Of a stretch of DNA of 64,000 bases, positions 24,056 through 36,211 are shown piece after piece (position 1 is the first letter of the stretch; every line of letters starts with the position of its first letter). The DNA is from Fistulifera solaris (Eukaryota). The position numbers and the translations under genes were made by a program. Location: assembly GCA_030295235.1 (NCBI GenBank), contig AP026131.1, positions 620,001-684,000 on the forward strand, given 5' to 3'. The notes below the pieces were generated by a model. It had not been told where the DNA came from, ran no database searches, and saw only the letters and a list, made by a program, of their open reading frames with translations.

Positions 24056-26470
24056 TTAAAACTTGGCGGGCGCTCTTGATTGTTTCATCCTCTTGGAAAT
24101 GGGCTGAATCACCTGGCCGGGACGAACGAGAATTTCCGGTCGGGTCATGTCTTTGAAACTATTGGTTACATTCCACTCACGCCCTATACCACCTGCCATG
24201 GCTCGCTCGTATTCTTCGCGGGTCTTGTACGGATAAGGAATCTCAGCTATCATGCACGAATCCGCCAGTCGTTTGACGCGGCGCTCGGAAAGGATTACGC
24301 GAGGCTTGGCAGCATCCTGTCTCTGTCGCTCGGGAAGCTTCGGTGGAGGTTGAAACTTCTTGGGTAGATTTTTAGGCAACTGAGGTGGCGGGGCGCCTTT
24401 GCCTGTCCATGATCCCCAACCCGACGATGTAAGTTCTTTCTTGTTTTCGTTCCTTTTCCTTTTCTTGTTATCAGGGTCTTCCCTTTCTTCAAACTCCTTC
24501 TTTTCGAGAGCAAATTCTTCCTCGGCGTCACCTGGTGTAGCAAACGCCCTGCGGACCAGCTCTCTTGCGAGAGCATAGTGATAGATTTCTTGTTATTTTC
24601 ACCAGTTTGTTTCGAATCCTTGTTGATATCAGTTTCCGCAACGTTTTTCGGTTGCACGTCTTCTTGTCTGACTTCTGGGATAAGAGTAACGGCACTTTCC
24701 ACACTGACGGAAACATTATTACTCTTCACTTTCTTCGAAGGTTCTTTCTTTTCTTTCTTCTCAAATGGGAGCCAAGGGTTGTCCTCTTGTGTACTATGGG
24801 ATGGTGTGTGCCGCTCGACGCTCCCTTTCTCGTTTTTCTGCCGCTTCGCCGGGGGACCGCTAGCTTCCTGTGATCCAACAGTATCGCTAGGTTTCATTAC
24901 CTTGGTAAACTCACTTGCCGATGATCCCAGGTCAACACTAAAGCTAGACTCTACCGCTGTGGCAGTTGTGCTACCGAACTGTAGTGTCGATGCAATCATC
25001 GCACCATCGTTGAGCAAGTCTGTCATTTCAGCGTTGGATGCTACTTTTTTCTTACGAGCGCTGGATTTGTCTTCTGGTTTCAAATCGTCTCTTGGTCTTT
25101 GTTCGTCGTCATCGTGTTCGAGGCGTTCGTTTTCTTCAAGTTCCATGAGAAGTTCTCGGGCCTCTTGACGGGCACGTTCACGTTCTCGTTGAAGGCCTCG
25201 TTGCATGAAAGCAAGCTTGAAAAGTCCCTTTGTTCCTCCCCATCGGCATCATTGCTCTCGGTATCTTCCAAAACTTTTTTTGCGGTTGCAACTAAATCAT
25301 CGTCAGAGTCATCACTGTCATCCCCGTTTCGACTAGTCTTCATTTTCTTGAGCAAGTCGTCGCCTCGCCTCAATTGAGCGGACAATGCCTTCCTGGTATC
25401 TAAATCAACATTTTTGCCTCTCTTTAAAATGTGCTTTGCCCATTTACTGGTGTTCTTGTGTGCCAGAGTCATGCGTTCTTTCATGCGTTCCATTTCTTCC
25501 TTTTCTTGCAGTTCGCGTTCCAATTCGGGATTTTCAGCAATACCGGCCTCCATCTCGGACTCTTTTTGTCGTTCGCGTTGCTTCTTTCTGATACGACGAT
25601 ACTTTTTCGACTTGATTTTGTTAATATGATGGCGTTTTTGTTCTTCGTAGAACATGAGTGCCCTCATTTTGGCCAGCTGCCCACGGCGTTGTTTGTATTC
25701 TTCGAGCGTAATTTCGTTTTCGCCCAGAGCATCAATAGCTTGTTCTTCAGCTCGAATTAAAGCTGCCTCGTCTTCTTGCCCGGCTGCTTTTAATGCTTCG
25801 TGCATTTCCCGTTCAAAGTCAGTCGTTGGTACAAATGAATCGATCATCCTTTCCGTGGTAATTTTGTTCGCGCCCTCCATGTGCGGACGAAAATCGAGAG
25901 TCTCCGCCTGTCGATTCTCTTGAACAGCCTCAATCCAAGACGACACTTCTTTACTTTGTTGCTGATAATTGACCCGACGTTGCGCGCGCTCCGTTATTAC
26001 ACGGGCCGCCGGCGTTGACGTTGCACTCTTCCCATCATTCCTTTCAATTTCTTTTGAACGGCACCAAACTCACTGGTATCTTTAATGTCATCGACCAGGG
26101 CGTCCAACGTGAGCTTCGTACCCTTGATCACTGTCGAAGAGAATGGATCTTCTTTGATATAATTGGTGATAGTATGAGTATCTGTTTTGGGTTCGTCGTT
26201 GTCGGTCTTATCCAAATTATTTAGAAGATCCAGCATATACTGCCCTCCGTCTCCTTCCTCTTCGTCGTCGTCTTCCAAGTCCGACCCATCCTCTGATCCT
26301 GAGTCCGAGTCTTCATCGTCATCATCATCACTATCGTCGCGTTTTTGAAAGAACATTCCATACTTTCGCTCATCGTCGGAATTGAAGGCTTCATCTTCAT
26401 CGATTTCTTCATCTTCGTCCGATGGAATATCTTCTCTTATCTGCGGTTGCTTTTTCTGTTTTCTTCCCAT
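24056..26470 (-). CDS. UTP14: U3 snoRNA-associated protein 14
   Basis: LAKMRALMFYEEQK..KIKSKKYRRI, ERMTLAHKNTSKWAK, GWGSWTG and PYPY..YERAM..IGREWN motifs. Three 1-nt deletions (~26032, ~25240, ~24562). Confidence 0.9.
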
Positions 26471-26668
26471 GTCGATGCTTCGTCTGGTTTGCTAGAAACA
26501 ATTACGCTGTGTGTTATGATTACTTGTAGTTTCTTAGAGAACGTTTGTCACCCTCATTCTAATCTCGTTTTGTTTTTCTTTTATTGCTTTGAAGTTCATG
26601 TTTTGGTTTGTTTGCGTGGACGAAAAAGGAGCGAGCTCAGAACCTATTGGTGTGCAGAAGAGATTTAT

Positions 26669-27220
26669 CCAGAAAATCTGGCTGATAAATGGTTTCAAAT
26701 AGCCAGAAAATCTGGGTGATTGGGAGTTCACGTCTCCAGAAAATTTGGGAGTGTGGTGTTTCACATACCCAGAAAATCCTGGAAAGTGGTGGTTGCACGT
26801 TCCCAAAAATGCTGCGTGACTGTGCTTGGAGTTATTATTCAGTTGTCATTATTGCTCTGCAATAGACTACCTTTGTCAATCGCGATTCATGATGTCGAAA
26901 AGGCTTGAAAATGAAATTAGTTACTCCGTATCATTGACCTATATTTATACTATAGGCTGAAGTGAAACCACCACGTACCACGACTGCATTTCAGTCATGA
27001 ATTAATATTTCATTATTTCTTGTGGCCCGACTGGTAGTCTACCCAACCTCGCTCGCTTTCTAAACTTTTGAAATATTCCTCGATTGTCGATACGTTGCAA
27101 TGTAGCATTTAACTTTATTGTTTGTGATGCAATTGACGATTCAAGTCTAGTCCATAGTTTTAGTTTCTCGTCCCCAGAAAATTTGGGCAAGTGGTCTTTT
27201 CATGTCCCTAGAAAACTTGA
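26669..27220. repeat. Degenerate 33-34-bp minisatellite with a CCAGAAAATCTGG core, split into two blocks
   Basis: Core at 26669, 26703, 26736, 26769 and 26803, and again at 27174 and 27208. Confidence 0.7.
26941..27012 (-). repeat. Degenerate inverted partial copy of the 9.3-kb repeat
   Basis: ACCACGACTGCATTTCAGTCATGAAT matches the reverse complement of ATTCATGACTGAATTGCAGTCGTGGT (1 mismatch). The adjacent TACTATAG also matches. Confidence 0.75.
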
Positions 27221-27265
27221 GCGTTGTGTGCACTGTAACCATGAGTAAATGCTGTAACTATAACT

Positions 27266-29728
27266 TTAGTTGTGGAATTTTTTATTCGTCGCGGCATAGT
27301 CCTTCATGAGTTGACAGGGTTCAAATTGGGGGCCGTATTTGTCTACACATCCATTCATCATGTCAACATACTTGGCAACGCCAACCTGATCCAAGTAACG
27401 GAAAGGTCCGCCACGGAACGGGGCAAAGCCCGTTCCAAAGACCAAGCCGATATCACCAACCACCGGATCAGCAATTACACCGTCCTCTAAGCATTTGGCC
27501 GCTTCGTTCACGAATCTAGTTTCACACGAAATCAAGACACAATTGTCAGTAACGAAGCCAAATTCAGACATGCTCAAGCTCTTCGCCAACTTACCGAGAT
27601 ACTATTCGATCTTGTATCTCTTTTTCATCAAGTGTCAGTTTCTGTGTAGCAAACTGCTTCACGAACGATTGTACTTCCGGGCTAATTGTTTTCTTGGCAT
27701 TCTTGCCCTTGCCATACGTGTAAAAACCTTGTCCGGATTTCTTTCCCAACCATCCCTTGGCTACCATTTTCTCCATGAGAGTGACATCTCCACCCGTCAT
27801 GCGTACACCCAAATCAGCATTCGAGAGAAACTTGGCGACGTGCGAAGTCACATCGACACCAACCTCGTCCGCCAATGTCACGGGACCGACGGGCATACCA
27901 AAGTTTTTGATGGATTTGTCCAACTGCTCCAAAGGAACACCATCCCGAACCAAAGCCGATACTTCCACCAAATACGGTCCCAAACAGCGGTTGACATAGA
28001 ATCCCGGTACGTCTTTGACGACAATACATGTCTTGCCTTGTTTCGTTCCCACATTAAAGGCAATGGCCTTGGTTTCATCGCTCGTACCTTCGTGAGGAAT
28101 GATCTCCAACAAGGGCATGTTGGGTACGGGCGAAAAGTAATGCATACCGATAATGTTTTCGGGGCGCTTGGCATTGGCAGCAATATCACGAATGGGAATG
28201 GCCGATGTGTTGGTCGCAAAGACACAATGATCCGGAGTGACAGCTTCCATATCCGCGACAATCTTCTGTTTTAACGTTAAATCTTCAAACACGGCTTCAA
28301 TGATGACATCCGCCTTGGAGAAATGTTGTTTCCACGAAGGCGTCGTGTCGGTCAAAGGCACGACACTGGAAAAATTCTTGTTGCGCTGATAATCGGACAT
28401 GCGTTTCTTTTGTACCTTCTTGGTCCAATTGTCGTACAAATACGCCTGCCCGCGGGCGACGGCTTCATCGTTGCGGTCCTTGAGAAGAATTTGGGAGTAT
28501 CCACATTTTTCGGCCGTCACTTGCGCAATGCCGGCACCCATCAATCCTGCACCGAGAACCGCGACCGTATCAACTTTACGAAGATTGGGCACTTTGAACT
28601 GTTCATCTTGTTTCTTCAACGCCGTCGTCCCTTCGAAGAGCCCAATGAGCGCTTGCGATTCCGGTGTCGCCGCCAACTTGGAAAACTGTTCTCGTTCATT
28701 CTTGAATCGTGCCGCCGGATTCTCTAAACCATATTGTACGCACTGAATGATCGAAAACGGCGCCGGATAGTGCCCATCGGTATTCTTCTTGACCATTTTA
28801 TCAATTTGATTCCAAATAACCGATCGTCCCATGGACGTATCTTCGAGCAGACGATTCATCCACGACTTGGGCTTTTTCTTTGGTTTGAGTTTGCCAGTCG
28901 CCAATTGTGCGGCCGCATCCAACGCCGCCTGTCGCAACGACGCAGGTGCGACAACCAAATCGACCAAGCCCATCTTCTTGGCCTTATCGGGACGAATTTC
29001 TTTCCCGGTCAACATCATATCCATGGCATTCTGCAATCCGACTGTCGCAGGCAAATTTTGGGTCCCACCAAATCCGGGCAACAATCCCAATTTGACTTCG
29101 GGCAATCCGAGTTTGGTTTTGGACGAATCACTGCAGACGCGATAATCGCACCAGAGTGCCCATTCCAAACCGCCCCCAAGGCCGGTCCGTCAATGGCGGC
29201 GACAAGCGGCAATCCTTCCTTCTTCCACGATTGAAAGAATTCGACGCCATCTTGAATGAGAGGAATGAGATCTTGTTTGTTTTCAATCTGTTTGATATCA
29301 AAAATATCGGCTCCGGCAATGAACATGTTGGGTTTCGCGGAAGTAAACACGACGGCTTTGACGTTCGAATTGTTGTGAATTTCCGTTTGCCACAATTGTT
29401 GGGCTTCCTTGGCGAACGCGAACGAAATGGTATTGACGGATTTTCCGGGACAATCAAACTGAATCAAGGCGACACCCTGGTCGTTGATTTCGACGTTGCG
29501 AAAGAATTCGTATTGTCGTTCGGGTGTCGCAACAAACGGTTTCTTTTCAATACTACTGCTAGGAGTCAAAGAAGACGAACGGGAAGTCGATTCTGCCGCA
29601 ACCGCCGTCGATTGAAAGCGCTGCTCATTGAAGGAAGTCAAGGCCGCAGTGGGAGTGATGCGGGCGGACGTCGCCAGGATCGCACGGCGCGTGACATGTC
29701 GAAGAACCGCCGCGCGAGTAATCATCAT
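27266..29728 (-). CDS. HADHA: Mitochondrial trifunctional enzyme alpha subunit (enoyl-CoA hydratase / 3-hydroxyacyl-CoA dehydrogenase)
   Basis: FIAGADI, GPALGGGLE (after restoring one G near 29175), GLPEVKLGLLPG, VLGAGLMGAGIA, ATNTSAIPI and GMHYFSP motifs. Intron 27594-27516. Mitochondrial presequence. Confidence 0.93.
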
Positions 29729-30733
29729 CTTGGGGAATTGCAGGAGTAGCACGGAACTGGATCAGAATGCAAGAGAGTTGTAAACAAGTACTCCGTAGTT
29801 GACAAACAATTAGCTTTACTTATTGTTGTCCTTTTTTTGATCCGATGGGCGAAAGGTGGAGAACAAAGCGAAGAATAATTATTACGGAATCCTTCCCATC
29901 AAAAAGTTTTAAAAGATTGCGGTCCACTTGTATTACCGATCCTATTTAGTCTTATTTGTTAGCAATCATAGAGTGAAAGGAGCGGAAATTATTGTGGATC
30001 ACGACTGGTATCTTCGTTTCATTCGCGGAAAGGGCCGCGGGTCGTTGACATCTTTTTTTCCATGACGCGTCCGCGTCTTTGTGGTCTGTCGTACTGTACG
30101 CTGCGGTGAGCCAACATTCGTGCCGTTTCGTTCCTGCTCCTCTTTCTCTGTGAAGATGAAAAAAGTTGTTTAGTCATTCTATGCAAATGATATTACTTTC
30201 ACGTAATCCGGTGTTGAAAGCAAGGTTGCAAGGAGACTAGGCTTGTTACGGGACTGAAAACCAGTTGAGTGAGTCGTAGAACCAACACATTGCGCTATAG
30301 TCAAAAATCCAGCCCTTTCTTTTGAAGCTTTGGCTGCAGCTTCGTCCTAAAACTTTGGTAAAATAATCCTTACCAATACACTATGGATAAAAGAAAGTCA
30401 ATTACTAGCATTCATGGGTCGACAATGGTGTTGTTGCTGTTTTTCTGCAATGAAAGGAATTCGGTGGTATTTCCGGGACTGAAGTTGTGTTGGGTCGTAG
30501 AAAAAAGTAATCTACTCTTTGTGTCAGTGTGAAGAATGGCCGCGTTTGTGCGCGCATCGCGCGCGAGAGAAGTGAAAGACCGCCGCCGTTTTTGACCAAC
30601 GCGCAAACATGACGCCGAGCGACCATGGTGCGAAGAGCCGCTGAACTCCTCGAATGATCGTTACTATTTTGTTTAATCCAAAATTAAACAATCCACCCTT
30701 GTAAATAATAAACGATACATTACGGATTTCGAT

Positions 30734-33700
30734 ATGAAAATGCGGGCTGTCTGCGATTCTTCATTTCGATATTACCGTCGAAAGAGGAGGAGGATACGGC
30801 TTCTTTTGTCGTCACTCTCAACATTCTTATCATTGCTCCTTACGGCACAAGCATTTCTGCTGACTTCATCCTTCATTATAGCACCATTTCCTACAATCCG
30901 CTCCACGACGACTCGACTCTATTTGTCTCAAACGCAAAGCAACAACACTACCTTTACACGAATCGATCTCAAATCCTTTCAACAATCCTTGCATCTCATT
31001 GATGTCGTCGAACAAACCTGTCCGTTACAACAATACCGCAGAACCTCTCCCGATCGAGCCATCGCTTGTTGTCCGTTTCACAATGACCACAATCCCAGTT
31101 GTTCCTTAACACCGACCTTTTACAAATGCTTTGCGTGTGGGGCCAGTGGGAATGTCTTTCAATTTGTACAAAATTATCACCAAATATCCTTTGGTCAAGC
31201 CCTGCGAATGATCCGAAATCCTGATTTAGTAGACTTATCGAATGCCACGAATCGGACCCTCCGATCAACGCAAAAGTCGCAATTGGAACAGTATTCATCA
31301 GCCGATCGATTGCGGTTGGCGCAACTCCTGGCGGGGGCCTGGTTCAATCATTGTCTTACACAACCGGTAGCGGGCGGGGCGCGGTATTATTTATTGAATG
31401 CACGGCCGTCGTTTACGGCACGGATTGTCAAACAATGGGGATTGGGATATGCACCCGATGCCTACTTTGGTTCAGGGGATACGAGTTTGACCGAGCATCT
31501 GCGGTCGTTGGGATTCACGCCTCTCGAATTGGTCGAAGCGGGATTGGCGGTGCCCACGCAACGAGCAAGACAAGCGGCGGAACAAACCAATGCAACAACT
31601 CTCAAGGATGTGTTGGGGTTTGAGAATATTATGGATCGATTTCGAGGACGATTGATGATTCCGATTATGGATGCCACGGGGCAACACATACTCGGCTTTG
31701 GAGGACGGAGTCTTTCGTCCGAAGATTCCCCCAAGTATCTCAATAGTCCGGAATCCATCATTTTTACCAAGGGCGATTTACTTTTTGGGCAACATTGGAT
31801 TGCATCCAAGAATAGTACTTCCACCAGCACACCGTCGAAAGCGTCTGCAAAACCATTGTTGGTGGTGGAAGGCTATATGGATGCCATTTCTTTGTGGGCG
31901 GTAGGATTGGGACCGGCAGTAGCGACTATGGGTACGGCTATCTCCAAACGTCAACTTGAGTCGGCCTTCCAATTGGTACATGAGCAACAACGTCAGTTGG
32001 TGTTTTGCTTGGACAATGATGCCGCAGGTGTGCGTGCGATGGAACGTATTTGTCAAAACGGATTCTTGACGGCATTACAAAAGCAATATCCGTCGGCATT
32101 TGTGAAGGTAGCTACCATGCCAATAGGTATCAAGGACCCGGGAGAGTATGTCGATGAACGATTCTTGGCGAAAATGATGCCGGAGAAAATTGCGGCCGAG
32201 TTCGAGGCAAATGTTGTAACTCCGGCGGTGGATTGGAGGCTGTGGTATACACAACGTGTCATTCTATCCTGCAATTGCACTACAACGGCAGACTTGCGGC
32301 TGACAATCGATCGAGTCGCTGCTTTCTGGTCGATCTCCATGTCCCCCGAGCAACGACAAGAGAATGCGCCTCAATTGGCGAAACAACTTGCATTGCTCGT
32401 GTCGAATCACACGTCGGATGATAAAATGATTTTAATGTTGTGTGAACAGATTGAATTGAATTTGGTGGATCAGTCGAGTCGCATGGAACGTGCAAATCAA
32501 GCGACCGATGTTGTCGCCAGTTCTTTGACGCTAACACAGCGCATGGCGCTGTATCAGGATGAAGAATCCGATTCGTGGGCAGCATGGAACGCGAGTCAAT
32601 CTAGCAGAGGCAACTTGGGCACAACAGTCAAAGAACGACGGCGTACAACGATTCGCGCGCGTGATGCACCGAAACAGAAGACGTTGACTCCACATTTTGC
32701 AGGGTTCCGTTTTACCAATCCAGCCGATCGAGATTGGCTCGGTTTTTCCCGCAAAGACCCATACAATAACTACAAACTGAGCCTCCGACGACCGCCCAGT
32801 AAAAATTATTGGCGAAGGGGCACGGACTACTTAAAGAACCCTGAAGTTTTGCAACAGCAATCCGTTTATTTCAATTCAAATCGCTATCATGGCAACCAGT
32901 TCTTGACCGAAGAAGCCGCCGCGGTGGGCTACGCTCGTCCCACTGTCAATGACAAGAAAGATATTCAAGCGATGGCCACCTATGGAATTGGTGCTGTGCT
33001 ACGAGTAAATAAAACTCGTGTTGCGGTATCCGTCGAAAACACTTTGCTGCAAACCCTCGTGCATAGTCCAGCCGCACGTTGCACGCTACGGCAGCTTATC
33101 GAAGCACGTCACGCCACGCAATCTACTCATGACGATGTACATAGTGAAAGTAATATGATCTATTGGTCGTCGCCGGAACGCCTGTGGTTGTTTGATACGT
33201 TAATCAACAACACAGATATACCAGCTGACAAGACCCGTGAATTTCTACTTCGCGCGGAAGACGTCCCGGATCTTGCATTTGTGAGCGCTCCTACTTCCGA
33301 CGAAGGTGGCCTCGTGTTGGCGACGCCCCAAGAGAACGGAGGGATTCTTGAACCATTCTTCCAGGGTGAGATCAAAAGTACGAACAACGATGCAATAGAA
33401 CAACTCTTAGCACAGGAAAGTTTCACAAATTTGCTGCTGCTGACAGCAGAACGTCGATTGCAAGAAGCCGCTGACGATCCCCCGGAACTGCTCCGACAAG
33501 CTGAGCTCGTCAAATCATTGAGCGAATCCGTGCGGCGCTTAAGCGAGCGTCTATTTAGAGAATCTATAAAGAGCCAGGAGGATTCTCCTGAAGAAAAGTA
33601 TAATACTTTAATGGCCCAAATCAACGAGCATTTGTCGACTATGTCCACGGATGATATCTCACCGGAAACGCAAGAAGAACTCGATCGCATTGATCGGGAC

Positions 33701-33874
33701 TGGGCTGTGTGGACGGAGAGTTGGAAGAGAGGCGAAGTTCCCGAACCAGCGACCAAGCCCGCATTAATTGGTCGATTTGTGGAGGAGGAAGATATTGCGA
33801 GTCGCGAGACACTCGAAGAAGCTCTTGCACGAATTGATAACGATTGGAAGTATTGGATAGAAAAGGACACATGA
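30734..33874 (+). CDS. dnaG: Bacterial-type DNA primase DnaG with a plastid presequence and a long C-terminal extension
   Basis: CHC2 zinc finger CPFHNDHNPS..YKCFACG, DRFRGRLMIPI..GFGGR..PKYLNSPE, TOPRIM VEGYMD..DNDAAG..KDP. Hydrophobic N-terminus ending AQA|F. Confidence 0.9.
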   Translation: MKMRAVCDSSFRYYRRKRRRIRLLLSSLSTFLSLLLTAQAFLLTSSFIIAPFPTIRSTTTRLYLSQTQSNNTTFTRIDLKSFQQSLHLIDVVEQTCPLQQYRRTSPDRAIACCPFHNDHNPSCSLTPTFYKCFACGASGNVFQFVQNYHQISFGQALRMIRNPDLVDLSNATNRTLRSTQKSQLEQYSSADRLRLAQLLAGAWFNHCLTQPVAGGARYYLLNARPSFTARIVKQWGLGYAPDAYFGSGDTSLTEHLRSLGFTPLELVEAGLAVPTQRARQAAEQTNATTLKDVLGFENIMDRFRGRLMIPIMDATGQHILGFGGRSLSSEDSPKYLNSPESIIFTKGDLLFGQHWIASKNSTSTSTPSKASAKPLLVVEGYMDAISLWAVGLGPAVATMGTAISKRQLESAFQLVHEQQRQLVFCLDNDAAGVRAMERICQNGFLTALQKQYPSAFVKVATMPIGIKDPGEYVDERFLAKMMPEKIAAEFEANVVTPAVDWRLWYTQRVILSCNCTTTADLRLTIDRVAAFWSISMSPEQRQENAPQLAKQLALLVSNHTSDDKMILMLCEQIELNLVDQSSRMERANQATDVVASSLTLTQRMALYQDEESDSWAAWNASQSSRGNLGTTVKERRRTTIRARDAPKQKTLTPHFAGFRFTNPADRDWLGFSRKDPYNNYKLSLRRPPSKNYWRRGTDYLKNPEVLQQQSVYFNSNRYHGNQFLTEEAAAVGYARPTVNDKKDIQAMATYGIGAVLRVNKTRVAVSVENTLLQTLVHSPAARCTLRQLIEARHATQSTHDDVHSESNMIYWSSPERLWLFDTLINNTDIPADKTREFLLRAEDVPDLAFVSAPTSDEGGLVLATPQENGGILEPFFQGEIKSTNNDAIEQLLAQESFTNLLLLTAERRLQEAADDPPELLRQAELVKSLSESVRRLSERLFRESIKSQEDSPEEKYNTLMAQINEHLSTMSTDDISPETQEELDRIDRDWAVWTESWKRGEVPEPATKPALIGRFVEEEDIASRETLEEALARIDNDWKYWIEKDT

Positions 33875-35204
33875 TCGTGCCGTAGCCCTCAGTGTCGAGG
33901 CGGTTTTTGTCTAGCTGTAACATAAACACGCTTTCTCTAGTAGAGACTTCTGGTGACAACGTCTAATGCAATGGGAAAGGGTACTTCACAAAACTTGGTG
34001 GGCACGTAGAAACTCAGTACATATCTCTGTAAGTAGGTTTGTGTAGAATATGTACCGCCGTCATTTTTTTCTTGCCGTTGACTAGTTCTGGCTCGAAGTT
34101 TCACAATGCTTTCAGCATGATGCTTAACATCTTCATGTTACAATATACAAAGCTAGCAAACTCTTTCGTAGCAATGAATCGCAGCTTTTTCATCAATTCT
34201 GAATGTAGAGAGGTGGTGCTAGCGGTCACTTCTATTCCGAGGGACACGTCGATCGAAACGAGAAATGGCGGCCGTCAAAGCCGAACCAACGATGATTAAT
34301 GATGGAGCTGGAGAGGACATGGGAATATTGGCATCAGTGTTATAATACGTGAATTCAAATGATATTCTTGACAATCCACTGCCGGTATGATGGCCATTGT
34401 GTCGATGGTGTTGATGGAAATGGCGTCTTTACAATGCCTTTTCAACGACGAATCCGTCGAGTGTCGCGAGTGTTTACGAAGTTCATCGTTGACGATCCGT
34501 TTCGTATACCTCAACGTTGGCTAAGGATACTACAGTGGTGTTCTGAATGAGGTCTGAGAGTTCAAGTCGCTCCAGAGTGATAAGACAGAGTGCAGTGGCT
34601 GTTACCTGTTACCTTTCCAGCAATGTCGTGAAAATTCATGCAATCCACAGTGCAGACACAGGGCTTCTTTCAACCCGCAACTCATGCAATCAGTAATCTA
34701 CACAAAGCAACTAGGCGTTACGGGGTGCTCAATAACATGCTGTTTCAACTGGGTCATTCTTGGATGTAGCGGCATTTTCAATGAGCGGGAACCAAGGGCA
34801 GCAGTAGAAACAATTTGCAAGTATTTTGACAATGAATTATTTACATGCCCTCTAAGCAAACGAACAAACAATTCACGCCGGGGGAACTCTTTCAAAGCGG
34901 TTGCGAGTGGCAGGTTTGGCAATGAGCTTGCCTAGATTCTACGTACTACAATTGACTAGCTTAAATACTTGGCCTTGGGAAGAACGCTGTGATGCTGGGA
35001 GACATTTTGAGGTCATTGAGAGGCTCCAAACAAGTAGCTAAACTAGTTTCCTGTTAAGTCAAATTGAAATCTATTCTTTATGTAATCATAGCTGCGCTTC
35101 TAAAAATCCATGTGCTCCTTAGTGATTCAATATGTTGGCCCGTATTATTTCTACGTGGTGTACGTACGCGGTACTCGATTTTGCGTATGTAGAATTTGTA
35201 CGAG

Positions 35205-35915
35205 CCCACCAAATTCCTGAAGTACCCTTTCCCATACCATACAGAAATCCTGTGTATATTCCAGAAATTCTGGAACAAGTCGGTGTTTTGCAACTTGCGA
35301 CTGCACATTCCAGAATTCCTGTAATCGTTTTTATAGGTCACGAACTTCTTGCACGTTCCAGAAATTCTGGAATCGGTGTTTCGTAGCTACAGAAATGCAG
35401 CGCAGGTTGAAGTACTTTTGGAAGAAATCGCTGTTCTTGCTTATGGAGTAAATCATAACGCAATTCCATGCAGTGTGTACGATCAGAAATTCTGGAGTCG
35501 GTGGTTTTTACCAGGTACAGGGATAATGTGCACGGTCCAGGAATTCTGGAATAGGTGTTTATGATCCTGCAGAAATTCTGTACATATCTGAAATCTGAAT
35601 CGGTGTTTCGAGTCAAACAGCGATTTTTGTGCAAGTTCCAGAAATTCTGGAATTGGTTTGTGGTCATACAGAAAATCTGCTATCGTTCCAGAAAATCTGG
35701 AATGAATCGGTGTTTGTGGTCCTAGAAATCCTATGTACGTTCCCGAACTCCGAATTCGGTGTTGCTGATGGCCATATAAGAGTATTTATTCACATTCAAG
35801 AGAACTCTTCATTCCGTGTTTCTGGTCAAACAGCGATTTTGTGCAAATTCCAGAAATTCTGGTGAATTGTTTCAATCACAAAGAATAAGTTTGATTTATT
35901 TCCAGAAATTCTGGA
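35205..35915. repeat. Degenerate ~50-bp minisatellite with a TCCAGAAATTCTGGA palindrome; same family as 14.5-15.2 kb, opposite orientation
   Basis: About 14 monomers of approximate consensus GCACGTTCCAGAAATTCTGGAATCGGTGTTT..GGTCATACAGAAAT. The block GTCAAACAGCGATTTT..CCAGAAATTCTGG repeats at 35612 and 35825. Confidence 0.88.
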
Positions 35916-36211
35916 TACTATGTATTAGGTCCAAAAAATGAAAGGTTACGGCACGCGTGACTGAATTTTGTCACGTCACCCTGCGGGGGCCGGCATTCTT
36001 TTCGGCTGGTGTGATGATTTTGCGCTGAGCGCTGACACAGAACTCGTTATTGAGCTCATTGTATTGCACTGTCGACGTCTTGATGGCCAATCAACGACCT
36101 GCAAAGCAATAAAATAGCTAATTCTCACTCACCGAAGCTTAATCGAGAGACCTTGCTGAATTCTGTTGTTAGGAAGGTGCAACGTAAAGAGAAATTCTAT
36201 AGCCAACGAGA

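Noticed and set aside
27495..29749. Long antisense ORFs opposite HADHA (similar ones lie opposite DnaG, PRP8 and UTP14)
   Set aside because: These are shadow ORFs of strongly coding genes with no recognisable motifs.
35205..35915. CRISPR-like array (short palindromes with ~35-bp spacers), also at 14.5-15.2 kb
   Set aside because: The spacers are mutually similar and duplicated in blocks, the repeats are degenerate and only ~15 bp, no cas genes are present, and the context is intron-containing eukaryotic DNA.
14521..35915. A 21-kb composite transposon bounded by the two inverted satellite arrays
   Set aside because: The arrays differ in age and organisation, no matching termini or TSD were seen, and the interior holds housekeeping genes and no transposase.
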